From a virus (taxonomy: Duplodnaviria; Caudoviricetes), in IMG/VR virus record IMGVR_UViG_3300037424_000116, positions 1 through 46,406 of that record: 46,406 nucleotides of DNA. The stretch is one strand, 5' to 3'. The stretch's first letter is position 1; each line of letters begins with the position of its first letter. Positions 35,265 through 44,352 of the stretch are shown in pieces. The notes below the pieces were generated by a model, which did not search any database, had not been told where the DNA came from, and saw only the letters and a list, made by a program, of their open reading frames with translations. Position numbers and translations under genes: made by a program.

Positions 35265-35770
35265 TTAACGTGAGATGCTGTTTAACTCCTGATTATTCGC
35301 ATTACCCCGATACTAGGATAAGAGGAAGAACCTGGTATCGCTGTAATAACTGTGGATTCAAACACTACGTAGATGAAAGGCAGACTAATATGATTTGGAC
35401 TGATGCACAGGGAGTTACACACGAAATCAATAAGATGGCTACTCCCCACATTGAGAATTGTCTCTCATTTCTTGATGAGAGAATAGCTACGCTTATAAAG
35501 CGTGGACATACTGCTTATTCTGAACTCTCACGTAGGAGAGAAGTGAAGCGAGAAATGATGCGAGTTCTTGAATCCAGACGTTCTCGCATACATTTAGAGA
35601 ATGAAACTCCTAACCTTACTCGTGCTTGTGGTAGTTGTAAGCACAGTAATTACATCATTATCACTTTCGGTCAGGGAGCAGAGCTTATCTGTAATAAGCT
35701 CGGATTTACTTGTAAGACTGTTAATTTCACCTGTGGAGCATGGGAGAAGAAGGCCAATGGCGAAAAGTAG
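35261..35770 (+). CDS. Cys-rich hypothetical protein
   Basis: CNNC, INKMATPHIENCL, CGSC...C...C. Confidence 0.6.
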   Translation: MINVRCCLTPDYSHYPDTRIRGRTWYRCNNCGFKHYVDERQTNMIWTDAQGVTHEINKMATPHIENCLSFLDERIATLIKRGHTAYSELSRRREVKREMMRVLESRRSRIHLENETPNLTRACGSCKHSNYIIITFGQGAELICNKLGFTCKTVNFTCGAWEKKANGEK

Positions 35771-35915
35771 AAATCGTAGTCGTGACGCTCGTAAGAGAGC
35801 AGCTAAGAAAAGGAAGAATCGTGAGTATCAGGCGCGCAAACTACAGCAGATTGCAAAGAAACCGGGAACCATAGCTTTATATAGTGAACTGGAGAGGAAT
35901 GATGGAACAAGATAA
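35757..35915 (+). CDS. 52-aa highly basic peptide
   Basis: GGAG upstream; MAKSRNRSRDARKRAAKKRKNREYQARK... Confidence 0.55.
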   Translation: MAKSRNRSRDARKRAAKKRKNREYQARKLQQIAKKPGTIALYSELERNDGTR

Positions 35916-36906
35916 TCGGACTATTGGGGAGACAGATATCCACGAGATTGTGGATATTCCCATGAGCGGTAAGAAGAATGTCATAATGGACAGTCAGATT
36001 CTTACTGCTGTAATGGCCTGTCCTTGCCTAACTAACTTTAGGTTCAACCACAACTTTATTTCACTATCAGGGAAGTCTAATTCCCTGGAATGTGGTTCCA
36101 TAGTCCATAAGTTTATGGAGACTTACTATGGTTCCATGATTAAGGGTGTCAGCAGAGATAAGGCTTTCGGATTCGGTATCACTTCTGCTGAACTCTACAT
36201 TCAGTCCTGTAAGGATTGCACCGGATTTGTATCTACACCTGAACTCAAGAAGCCTATATGTGGACATAGGCCAGATGAGTATCCTGGTGTCTCTAATACA
36301 CCTAAGGATTCTGTAGAATACAAAACAGGCTGGCAGTTTGTTCTTGATACTTGTGATGAGTATCATAGATTCTATGCCAATGACCATTGGGTTCCTCTCG
36401 AAGTAGAAACTGTGAAGGGTGAAGTTCTCTACGAAGATGATGAAGTAAGAATCCTTTGGAAAGCTAAACTGGACCTTACTTGTGATACCAATCAGGGTAT
36501 CTATCCAGTTGACCACAAGACAATGAAACAGCGTAGGGATACTATCTCCCTGAATAATCAGTTCATGGGACAATGTATTCTTATGCGAACACGTAATGTG
36601 TTCATAAACAAGGTTGGCTTTCAGAAATCATTGAAAGCAGCAGAGAAATTCCTACGCGCGCCTATTTCATATAGTGCCGCGCGCCTAATCGAATGGCAAT
36701 CTGAAACTCTGCCATTCTACGCTAAGATGCTTCTCATGTATGCTGAGTCTGGTCAGTGGCCGCAGAACTTCAACCATTGCGAAGGCAAGTATGGTAACTG
36801 TAACTTCGTTGGAGTCTGTGAATCTGACCCCGGTATGCGTGAGGAAGAACTGAAACTTCACTTTATTGTCGGGCCTCAGTGGAATCCAACGAACGAAGAT
36901 GACTAA
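35899..36906 (+). CDS. PD-(D/E)XK (RecB/Cas4-like) exonuclease
   Basis: GSIVH, VE, KLDL, VDHKT, C-terminal C-x6-C-x5-C plus N-terminal CP. Confidence 0.85.
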   Translation: MMEQDNRTIGETDIHEIVDIPMSGKKNVIMDSQILTAVMACPCLTNFRFNHNFISLSGKSNSLECGSIVHKFMETYYGSMIKGVSRDKAFGFGITSAELYIQSCKDCTGFVSTPELKKPICGHRPDEYPGVSNTPKDSVEYKTGWQFVLDTCDEYHRFYANDHWVPLEVETVKGEVLYEDDEVRILWKAKLDLTCDTNQGIYPVDHKTMKQRRDTISLNNQFMGQCILMRTRNVFINKVGFQKSLKAAEKFLRAPISYSAARLIEWQSETLPFYAKMLLMYAESGQWPQNFNHCEGKYGNCNFVGVCESDPGMREEELKLHFIVGPQWNPTNEDD

Positions 36907-37231
36907 ACAGCTTCCGGTATTAGAACGATTATGGAAGCGAACTGTAATCAACAAGGATACAGGATGTTGGCTTCTATCTGGATTCAAAGATAAGGATGGG
37001 TATGTTAGAGTCTATTACTTAGCCACAAATGTAAGAGTGAATAGACTATCCGCCCATCTATTTCTTGGACTAGATTTAAAGGATAAAAAACAACAATCAA
37101 ACCATAAGTTTGAATGTCCTAATAGGAACTGTTGGAATCCAGAACACTTATATGTTGGTAATCAATATCAAAATGTAAGAGATTCAATGAAAGCTGGAAC
37201 TCATTCAGTTCAACCATTTTGTAGGGACTAA
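36899..37231 (+). CDS. HNH endonuclease
   Basis: TGCWL..G..KDGY, RV.RLS, H..C.NRNCWNPEHL..G...N..D. Confidence 0.85.
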   Translation: MTKQLPVLERLWKRTVINKDTGCWLLSGFKDKDGYVRVYYLATNVRVNRLSAHLFLGLDLKDKKQQSNHKFECPNRNCWNPEHLYVGNQYQNVRDSMKAGTHSVQPFCRD

Positions 37232-37234
37232 AAA

Positions 37235-37468
37235 ATGAAAGTCAGACTAGTTAGATACACTTTCCCTGATAGGCCGGATTGGGAAATCATCGAACAAAAA
37301 GTTCCTCTTGGAACAGTGTATGAAGTCTTTGGATACGATAGGAACTTCTTTATTGTGAACGAGGCACTTCAAGAAGTAAGACCGATTGATGCTTATTACC
37401 TAATTGGAAATAATCATCGAGGCTGGCTTCCTACAGTCTGCTTTGAGACTGTGCATGAGGAGAATTAG
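37235..37468 (+). CDS. Hypothetical SH3-like protein
   Basis: GTVYEV...RGWLP pattern. Confidence 0.55.
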   Translation: MKVRLVRYTFPDRPDWEIIEQKVPLGTVYEVFGYDRNFFIVNEALQEVRPIDAYYLIGNNHRGWLPTVCFETVHEEN

Positions 37469-37470
37469 TC

Positions 37471-37734
37471 ATGGGAGATATGGCTAACTTTCTTATAGAC
37501 AATGCAGAGTGGAATCAGGAAGGTCTTGATTGGGATGAATATGAGGATTTACCTTATATTGGACCCCCGCGAAATAGGGGACCAAAAGTAATAGTCTGTA
37601 AATACTGCAAGGAAAGTGGATTCCATTGGAAACAGCTTCCAAATGGACAATGGAGACTGTTTGATAAGTTTGGAATGCACTCTTGCAAGGAGGGAACTAA
37701 TGCCAAGCAAAAAAGTGGCGAACCACATCCATAG
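37471..37734 (+). CDS. Hypothetical Zn-binding protein
   Basis: GAGGAG RBS; MGDMA, CKYC...W..F...HSC. Confidence 0.7.
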   Translation: MGDMANFLIDNAEWNQEGLDWDEYEDLPYIGPPRNRGPKVIVCKYCKESGFHWKQLPNGQWRLFDKFGMHSCKEGTNAKQKSGEPHP

Positions 37735-38014
37735 ATATAAAAAGATTAACCTAGGTGCTAATGGCAAGCAGTTCTATGTATACAAGTGCACTAAGCCTGC
37801 TTGCTCACACTACGTTAGACTTGAGCTTGCTGAGGGTAAGCTCTGTGAATGTAACAAGTGTGGCGAGCCAATGATAATCACTAAGGTCACACTTTCTCAT
37901 TCAAGCGGCAAACCTATGACACTCCCTCATTGTTTGGGGTGCATTAAAAGAAAGAAGGCTGACGATGTGGATAAGATTAAAGAGTATCTGGATGGAATTA
38001 AGACTTCGATGTAG
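37700..38014 (+). CDS. Cys/His-rich Zn-finger protein
   Basis: AGGAGG RBS before ATG 37700; HIH, C-x4-C, CNKC, CLGC. Confidence 0.7.
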   Translation: MPSKKVANHIHRYKKINLGANGKQFYVYKCTKPACSHYVRLELAEGKLCECNKCGEPMIITKVTLSHSSGKPMTLPHCLGCIKRKKADDVDKIKEYLDGIKTSM

Positions 38015-38095
38015 TTCTATGAAACAACCGTGGTTCTACAATCGTGTAAAACCAGAATACATCAGGGACTTGAAATATGATAAGGATGGTTACTA

Positions 38096-38266
38096 ATGTT
38101 AATTTCAGAAGAAAAAAAGGATGCTATTATAAATAAGATAATAGCATATCTTTCTGTTGGATGGGAGGATTACATACCTTCTGACCGACAAGTTATTGAG
38201 AAAGAAATTCGATGGAACATACTAAAAATCCTTGAAGATGAGTTCAGGGAGGAATCTGATGCCTAA
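38096..38266 (+). CDS. 56-aa hypothetical protein (not in ORF track)
   Basis: AAGGA upstream; MLISEEKKDAIINKIIAYL...; overlaps next start. Confidence 0.55.
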   Translation: MLISEEKKDAIINKIIAYLSVGWEDYIPSDRQVIEKEIRWNILKILEDEFREESDA

Positions 38267-39131
38267 TCTCGGTGACGTTAAAATGGATGCCTTGTTCACC
38301 ATGCTAAAAGGTGAGCCAGGAACTCGTAAATCAACTGCCGCGTTGTCATATCCGACACCGCAATACTGGTTTTCATTTGACCAGAAAATGGAAGCCTTAA
38401 CTCTACCTGCAAAGCGTTGGGGAGTTAAGATGAGTGAAATTGAATTCGATGACTATGTAGATTGGGATAAACCTCGCGCTAAGATGGAACAACTACAAGT
38501 CAACTGTAAGGCCAAAACTATCATTGTGGATAGCATCACTTCTGGTGGTGATGGTATGACTCGTCAGGTTAGACGAGCTAAGGCACAGGACAATACTGGC
38601 AAGAAGATTGGTAACATACCAGTCTCAGGTTTCGAGGAGTTCAATGCTGAATCCTCAGCTTTTCAGGAAATGATTGCACTCCTCAAGGACATTCATAAGT
38701 TTCACAATGTCCACGTTATTCTTATCGCGCATATCCTCGGTGCGCGTAAGGATAATGATGCAAACAAACTTACTCACCACTCGCGCATCATCGTAACAGG
38801 GGCAGAAAAGATTTCAGCGAAAATCGCTGCCTACATGACAGAAGTATATCATTTCAATGTCAAACCTGCTTTTGAAGCAGACAAGGAGGGTCAATATGCG
38901 CTAATGACAGTCCACACAGGTAATGATTATGCCCGAACTTCATTACCTCTACCACAGGAAATCGTATTCAATAGTGAACCGTTGTATGACCGTTTCATAC
39001 TTCCGGCAATCAACAAACTGAAGGCTGAAAAGCCAATAGAGAGGATTCAAACACCACAACAATCCCTCACTATCACCGACCCACTTTCACAAACGAAAGT
39101 AACCATTCAACCACAACAGTTTACAAAATAG
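38259..39131 (+). CDS. Sak4-like / AAA_24 ATPase (single-strand annealing recombinase candidate)
   Basis: GEPGTRKST Walker A variant, TIIVDSIT Walker B, VILIAH; between exonuclease and SSB-like gene; GGAGG RBS. Confidence 0.8.
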   Translation: MPNLGDVKMDALFTMLKGEPGTRKSTAALSYPTPQYWFSFDQKMEALTLPAKRWGVKMSEIEFDDYVDWDKPRAKMEQLQVNCKAKTIIVDSITSGGDGMTRQVRRAKAQDNTGKKIGNIPVSGFEEFNAESSAFQEMIALLKDIHKFHNVHVILIAHILGARKDNDANKLTHHSRIIVTGAEKISAKIAAYMTEVYHFNVKPAFEADKEGQYALMTVHTGNDYARTSLPLPQEIVFNSEPLYDRFILPAINKLKAEKPIERIQTPQQSLTITDPLSQTKVTIQPQQFTK

Positions 39132-39143
39132 GAGTGCAGACCA

Positions 39144-39560
39144 ATGCCAGTTATCAGCTTTAGCGAACGTGACTTGATGCGTGGGAAGATTGTAACTCCC
39201 GCGTGGTATCGAGTGAAGATTGAAACTGTGGGTGAAGCTCCGGCTAAACAGTCGGAGAAGGGGCCATCCACAAACTATCCCGTTGAAGCAACTATTCTGT
39301 TCAACGGTGATTCTGGTGATGTGGAATTCAAGGGAGTTCCACTCGATTGGAATTTCAATAGCAAGGCTATTGGTTTTGCTGTTGGATTCCTCTCAGCTTT
39401 CGGTGTGGATGTTAAGGCTGGAACGCGCTTCGACCTTAAGTCTGCCGAAGGTAGGGAAGTTGATGTGTTTGTGGAGAACGATACATGGCAGGGTCGCCTT
39501 GTCAACAGGGTGAACCACAAGTATCGGACTCCTCGCGCCGAAGTTACGGCTGTTGCTTAA
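39144..39560 (+). CDS. DUF669-like single-stranded DNA-binding protein
   Basis: PAWYRVKI..V, L.AFG, GREV.V.V..DTWQGR..NRV; follows the Sak4-like gene. Confidence 0.7.
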   Translation: MPVISFSERDLMRGKIVTPAWYRVKIETVGEAPAKQSEKGPSTNYPVEATILFNGDSGDVEFKGVPLDWNFNSKAIGFAVGFLSAFGVDVKAGTRFDLKSAEGREVDVFVENDTWQGRLVNRVNHKYRTPRAEVTAVA

Positions 39561-39570
39561 CTATTAACTA

Positions 39571-39680
39571 CCTGTCAACTGTGCAGCTAAACCTATAACC
39601 TGCACGGTAGCTGTAGGCTTAACCACTAGGCCAGTGGGGAGAGTGCTTAGAAATGAATGTGTGGATAAAGTGGCCCACAC
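39571..39680 (+). ncRNA. Structured intergenic/leader RNA candidate (three hairpins)
   Basis: ACTGTGCAG/CTGCACGGT, CCACT/AGTGG, GTGTGG/CCACAC. Confidence 0.4.
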
Positions 39681-39713
39681 TGACGGGTGCATTAACAAGT
39701 AAGGGAGAATACA

Positions 39714-39863
39714 ATGGCTGAGAATGGTAAAGAAAAAGAAGAACCGAAGGAAGAACCTGTTGATATTGTGGACATGGATGAGGAATCTCATTCTGATGAA
39801 ACCCTCGATGAGTCAGAAATCGACGAAGATGATGACCCGGAACCTGATGATGTCGAGGAATAA
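39714..39863 (+). CDS. 49-aa extremely acidic peptide (not in ORF track)
   Basis: GGGAG RBS; 26 of 49 residues Asp/Glu. Confidence 0.75.
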   Translation: MAENGKEKEEPKEEPVDIVDMDEESHSDETLDESEIDEDDDPEPDDVEE

Positions 39864-39867
39864 GACC

Positions 39868-40175
39868 CATTAGCATAACTGGAAAAGTATCTGGTTAGTG
39901 GGGGTTCTTCTATCCAGGTGTTCTGGATAGAAGTTGCTGGACCACTAATATTAAGCCAAAAGAGGCCAAAAGGTTATGCTGATGATAGGGCACCTGCTCA
40001 ACGTGCCACAAAGTTGATTAACTTATGGACGTAAAATACTGAGTGGGTGCCCGCTTTTCAAATCTGGCTAGTGACGACTAGCAAAGGGGAGTTGCTTATT
40101 AGTGGACGGAACTAATGAGAAGGTAAAACACCCCACGGAGTAGTGGAACAAGGCCTACGCTACTCCAATTTTTTC
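39868..40175 (+). ncRNA. Multi-stem structured RNA candidate (~310 nt)
   Basis: Several long helices whose imperfections are G-U pairs on the plus strand; no ORF in the track; ends in hairpin + AATTTTTT. Confidence 0.55.
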
Positions 40176-40193
40176 AATTAAAGGATAAATAAG

Positions 40194-40442
40194 ATGACTG
40201 ATGAAACTCGTGTAGTGGGAAAAATTATCAAAGTATCTACGGGGGGATGGGGATTTATCTCCTCCAAAGATATTAAGTTTACTCGTATCTTCTTCCATTG
40301 GACTTCACTTAAGCAAGACACTCTGAAATTTCAGGAACTTAAGACTGGAATGAAAGTATCTTTTGTTGCTGTCGAGGTTGAAGGCAAGGGATACAGAGCT
40401 ATCAAAATAGAGGTTCTTCCATCTACAGACCCAATAGAGTGA
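40194..40442 (+). CDS. Cold-shock domain protein
   Basis: RNP1 GWGFI, RNP2 IFFH, L..G.KVSF, KGYRA. Confidence 0.9.
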   Translation: MTDETRVVGKIIKVSTGGWGFISSKDIKFTRIFFHWTSLKQDTLKFQELKTGMKVSFVAVEVEGKGYRAIKIEVLPSTDPIE

Positions 40443-40687
40443 TGACATTCCAACAGCGTTACGCTAGTGAAACTACATGGCACGGTAAAGTTACCGTAAT
40501 GGAGATATACCATCTAGCTATGTGTATGAGAGTTAAAGGATGGACCCTTACCCTAACTGCTGAAGAATTTGGAGTTTCAATAGGACTAGTAAGCGAGAAT
40601 CTACGCCTCGCACAATTAATTCATTCAGACCCTAAGATTTTGAAATGTGAATCACGTCAGGAAGCCTTAAAGAAGGGAAGAAAATAA
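40439..40687 (+). CDS. HTH protein resembling the ParB central HTH
   Basis: GWTLTLTAEEFGVSIGLVSENLRLA. Confidence 0.65.
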   Translation: MMTFQQRYASETTWHGKVTVMEIYHLAMCMRVKGWTLTLTAEEFGVSIGLVSENLRLAQLIHSDPKILKCESRQEALKKGRK

Positions 40688-41202
40688 TGTATCTATCAGA
40701 GCCAACCAAAAATAAGATTCTTGAGTTTGTTAACAAGTTTCCTATTCCCAAGACTAATGATGATGAGGCATCTGCTTGGACTCATATGCTATGTGAGCAA
40801 CTAAAACATAGTTTCCCTACTGATGGGTGGGGACATAAATTTGCCGGGCCGGGTCGTCCACACTCAGCAGACGTTATCTGCTTATTGTCTCCTTTCATTG
40901 GGTGGGATATCGTCTCCTCAGCGGGTTCACCTGATGCTAAACTCAATCTCAGTGGTGAATCTATTGACCTTACAGGTCAGATTTATGAACCTGTAGCAGG
41001 TGCTAACCATCTTGGTTCTGTTGTGGAACCTCCTGTCCCTAATCCCGAGCCTCCAGATAATCTTGAGATTGAACTACTGATGAAAATCTTGAGTGAACTC
41101 ATGGTTCACACTACTTATCTCAAAGCTATTGCTGTTGGAATGACTACTATTCCAGAACAGTTAAAGGCTGAAATCGCCAAAGGAATTAAGATTCGATTCT
41201 AA
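40687..41202 (+). CDS. Hypothetical protein with Pro-rich linker
   Basis: GWGHK..G.GRP.SAD, GWD motifs; PPVPNPEPP linker; TAATG coupling. Confidence 0.7.
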   Translation: MYLSEPTKNKILEFVNKFPIPKTNDDEASAWTHMLCEQLKHSFPTDGWGHKFAGPGRPHSADVICLLSPFIGWDIVSSAGSPDAKLNLSGESIDLTGQIYEPVAGANHLGSVVEPPVPNPEPPDNLEIELLMKILSELMVHTTYLKAIAVGMTTIPEQLKAEIAKGIKIRF

Positions 41203-41213
41203 GGAGACATGAC

Positions 41214-41432
41214 ATGGATATCAACAATGTATTCACCTATCACAAGCCATTTGGAAATCAACCCGAGCGTTACATGATGATTAGAGAAACCGCTAAACAG
41301 CTTGCTAAGACTATTATAGAATATTGTCCCGATAGTAGAGAGCGCTCAGTAGCTCTCACTAACTTGCAACAGTGTGTAATGTGGGCTAATGCTGCCATCG
41401 CGCTTAATGAAGAAGATATCAGCGGAAAGTAA
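41214..41432 (+). CDS. Acb2/Tad1-like helical hairpin protein (anti-defence nucleotide sponge candidate)
   Basis: FTYH.P..Q..RY..IR..AK.LA..I...CP.SRERSVA.T.L...VMWANAAIA family pattern; AAGGAG RBS. Confidence 0.7.
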   Translation: MDINNVFTYHKPFGNQPERYMMIRETAKQLAKTIIEYCPDSRERSVALTNLQQCVMWANAAIALNEEDISGK

Positions 41433-43965
41433 AGTGTCTGATAAGCGTTATGTGCCCGGCTGTGGCTCTATTGGAGCCAAATTAATGATACTTGGAGAAG
41501 CTCCCTCTACACAAGAAACAGCCGCAGGTCTACCCTTTGTGGGACCATCAGGTAAAGAGTTAGATAGGTTACTATATGATGCTGAGATTCATCGTAGTAA
41601 CTGCTGGATATCTAATGTATGTAAGTATGAAGTGCCCCCGAATGTGGGAAAGAAAAGAATACCTTTCCCCATTCGGGCGCGCAACATTGGTATTAACATG
41701 GAGGAACAAATCCATGAGTTACAAGAAGAAGTTAATCAAATTAAGCCAAATTGTATTCTCGCTCTTGGTGGGACTGCTCTCTGGGCTTTATCTGGGAAAA
41801 TCCATATTGGACACTTTCGTGGTAGCATTATGCACGGCATGGGTGTTAAGTTCGTTCCTACTTATCATCCTGCCCACTTACTGCACCAAGCATCAGGTGG
41901 AGAGTTTAAGGGATACTGGAATAGGCAAATAATGATATTTGACTTTAAGAGAGCCAAGTATCAATCCTCTTTTCCCGATTTAGTTCTGCCCTCACGAGCA
42001 TTAGAAATCTGTCGTAACTCTGCACAATTAGCAGAGTTTCGTGACCGATATCGTTCTCAAGAAAAGATGGCCGTGGATATTGAAGCCAATGGAACATGTA
42101 TTCCTGTTTGTATTGGATTAGCTCTATCAAAGTATCATGGAATGGTAGTCCCTCTTTGGAATTGTGAGGATATATCACACATACCAGACAGTGATATGGT
42201 TCAAATGTGGATTATTCTCGCGGAGATGTTATATGACAAAGAAATTATCGGACAGAACTTCAATTACGATAGAGATAAAATCAAGCGACTCGGATTTACT
42301 ATTAGAAACTTGGCATCGGATACAATGCTCAAGGCACATGCTATTAACCCTGAGCTGCCAAAAGGACTCGCGTTCAACACTAGTATATTCACCGAAGAAC
42401 CCTTTTACAAAGATGAAGGGATGTATAAAGGCAGTATATCTGACCTCCTCACAGGATGCGCGAGAGATGCTTGTGTAACATATGAAGTAAATGAGAATAT
42501 GGATGCTGACCTGGATGAACTAGGTCAACGTCCATTCTTTGAGAACTTCTTAATGAAACTTCCTGACCTCTATTGGTCAATAGAAAATCAAGGAATGAAG
42601 GTTGACCCCGCGTTTCGAGATTCTCTACTCCGTAAATATGTGGAGTGGGATGAAAGGTTACGATATGAGTTATTCAAACTCCTGGGGACGGAGATTAATG
42701 TTAACTCTCCGGTCCAAATTGCTATCTTGCTATGGGATAATCTCAAGTTACCTCGTAAGCCTACTACTGGGGAAGAAGATATTACGGAACTACTTAATAG
42801 TCCGAGTGCCGTTAAAACTCCTGACCATAGAAAAATCCTTGAGCTTATTCTTGAGGATAGAAGGGTCAGAAAGTCTATTTCCACTTATCTCATGGCGCTC
42901 CCAGATTATGATGGAAGAATGCGAACAACCTACTTCCCTTGTCTTGATACTGGTAGAACTTCAACAGGTCAACAAGACCCTCCCATCAGACCACTCGTAG
43001 AAGTTATAGATGAGAATGGTAAAAAGAAACAAAAGGTTCTAGGCACCGCATTTCAGACCATGACTAAGCATGGTGATATCGGTGCTGATATACGTGGAAT
43101 GTATATTCCTGACTCTGATGATGAAATATTTATTCAAGCTGACTCATCACAGGCCGAAGCTAGGGTTGTAGCCCTACTTGCTAATGATGAAGATACGTTA
43201 AGGATGTATGATGAACATGACATACACGCTCTTACTGCTTCTTGGTTTTTCGGTGGTTCTGAATCTGATTATTCTAAAAAGATACTTGGCTACGAGCATC
43301 CTATTAGATTCGCTGGTAAAACTCTTAGACACGCAGGGCATCTCGGCGCAGGAAAGCGTAGAGCATCTATTGAACTCAACACTCAGGCAAGGAAGTATAA
43401 GATTCCTATTACGATTTCGGAGGCGATTGCAGAAAGAGCACTCAAAATCTTCCACACCAAGTCTCCTAAAGTTCAGGGAGTCTTTCAAGCAGAGGTAATA
43501 AATGCCCTCAAACAAAATAGACAACTTGTGGCTCCTCTGCCCTATGGCGTGGACGCTCCATGTGGAGGTAAAAGAACTTTCTATGAGCGTTTTGGAGAAG
43601 AATTGTTCCGACAAGGATTCTCATATCTCCCCCAAAGAGCTGTTTCAGACAATACGAAAGCAGCAGCCATCCGAATCAGAAACAGAATACCAGAAATAAA
43701 GATTGTGATGGAGGCACATGACGCTCTGTTATTCTGTGTTCCTATCGTTTACTTACTTGAATGGTCAATCATAATCAAGGAGGAAATGGAGAAACCAATA
43801 GACTTCTCACAATGCACGTTGCGTCGTCACTCTCTTGTAATCCCTTGTGATATCGAGACTGGCAAGAATTATCTGGAGATGAAGAAGTTTAAAGATATGC
43901 CAGTCACCTACATTCCCAAACCTCAAGAATTTAAGTCCGTAACTGACGCTTTCACTGTGAGGTAA
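41389..43965 (+). CDS. polA: Family A DNA polymerase with N-terminal uracil-DNA glycosylase-like domain (real start probably 41407 or 41434)
   Basis: UDG family 4-like GEAP, PFVGPSG, SNVCK, TYHPA; exonuclease DIE, GQNFNYD, RDA; polymerase TGRTS, ADSSQAEAR, RFAGKTLRHAGHLG, AHDAL. Confidence 0.95.
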   Translation: MLPSRLMKKISAESKVSDKRYVPGCGSIGAKLMILGEAPSTQETAAGLPFVGPSGKELDRLLYDAEIHRSNCWISNVCKYEVPPNVGKKRIPFPIRARNIGINMEEQIHELQEEVNQIKPNCILALGGTALWALSGKIHIGHFRGSIMHGMGVKFVPTYHPAHLLHQASGGEFKGYWNRQIMIFDFKRAKYQSSFPDLVLPSRALEICRNSAQLAEFRDRYRSQEKMAVDIEANGTCIPVCIGLALSKYHGMVVPLWNCEDISHIPDSDMVQMWIILAEMLYDKEIIGQNFNYDRDKIKRLGFTIRNLASDTMLKAHAINPELPKGLAFNTSIFTEEPFYKDEGMYKGSISDLLTGCARDACVTYEVNENMDADLDELGQRPFFENFLMKLPDLYWSIENQGMKVDPAFRDSLLRKYVEWDERLRYELFKLLGTEINVNSPVQIAILLWDNLKLPRKPTTGEEDITELLNSPSAVKTPDHRKILELILEDRRVRKSISTYLMALPDYDGRMRTTYFPCLDTGRTSTGQQDPPIRPLVEVIDENGKKKQKVLGTAFQTMTKHGDIGADIRGMYIPDSDDEIFIQADSSQAEARVVALLANDEDTLRMYDEHDIHALTASWFFGGSESDYSKKILGYEHPIRFAGKTLRHAGHLGAGKRRASIELNTQARKYKIPITISEAIAERALKIFHTKSPKVQGVFQAEVINALKQNRQLVAPLPYGVDAPCGGKRTFYERFGEELFRQGFSYLPQRAVSDNTKAAAIRIRNRIPEIKIVMEAHDALLFCVPIVYLLEWSIIIKEEMEKPIDFSQCTLRRHSLVIPCDIETGKNYLEMKKFKDMPVTYIPKPQEFKSVTDAFTVR

Positions 43966-43967
43966 AT

Positions 43968-44171
43968 ATGTTCAAGATTGATTTTGAATGTCGTATTGTC
44001 GCCCAAGACCAAGATACCGGCTATTGGTCCCGAAGGGTTGTTACAGGAAAGGATATTTATTCCTTTCTAATTGTATTAGCATCTGCTGTATCTCAAATTA
44101 TGGCTGATGCTGGTAATTATCACAAAGCGAAAGAAATAGAGGAGATGGAAAAAGGTGATTTACCATTCTGA
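43968..44171 (+). CDS. Hypothetical protein, 67 aa
   Basis: GAGG RBS; ends DLPF. Confidence 0.6.
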   Translation: MFKIDFECRIVAQDQDTGYWSRRVVTGKDIYSFLIVLASAVSQIMADAGNYHKAKEIEEMEKGDLPF

Positions 44172-44352
44172 CGTTAAAGTAAAATTCTACCACTTCTATC
44201 CAGAAGAAGTATATGCCCTATATAGGCTAATTCGTTATCATCTAGGGTATTTACCTTCTGATGACCCTGAAATAACAGAAGTGATGAAGCACGTATGTAA
44301 AATTGTAGACATTCAAAATGAGTTGGCTACAAAGTATCATCAAACAGCATGA
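44155..44352 (+). CDS. Hypothetical protein, 65 aa
   Basis: GTG start overlapping neighbours; fills the gap. Confidence 0.45.
   Translation: MIYHSDVKVKFYHFYPEEVYALYRLIRYHLGYLPSDDPEITEVMKHVCKIVDIQNELATKYHQTA

Noticed and set aside
36899-37231. HNH gene as part of a group I intron
   Set aside because: The upstream exonuclease ends normally with its Cys cluster and no intron core was visible; treated as a free-standing HNH
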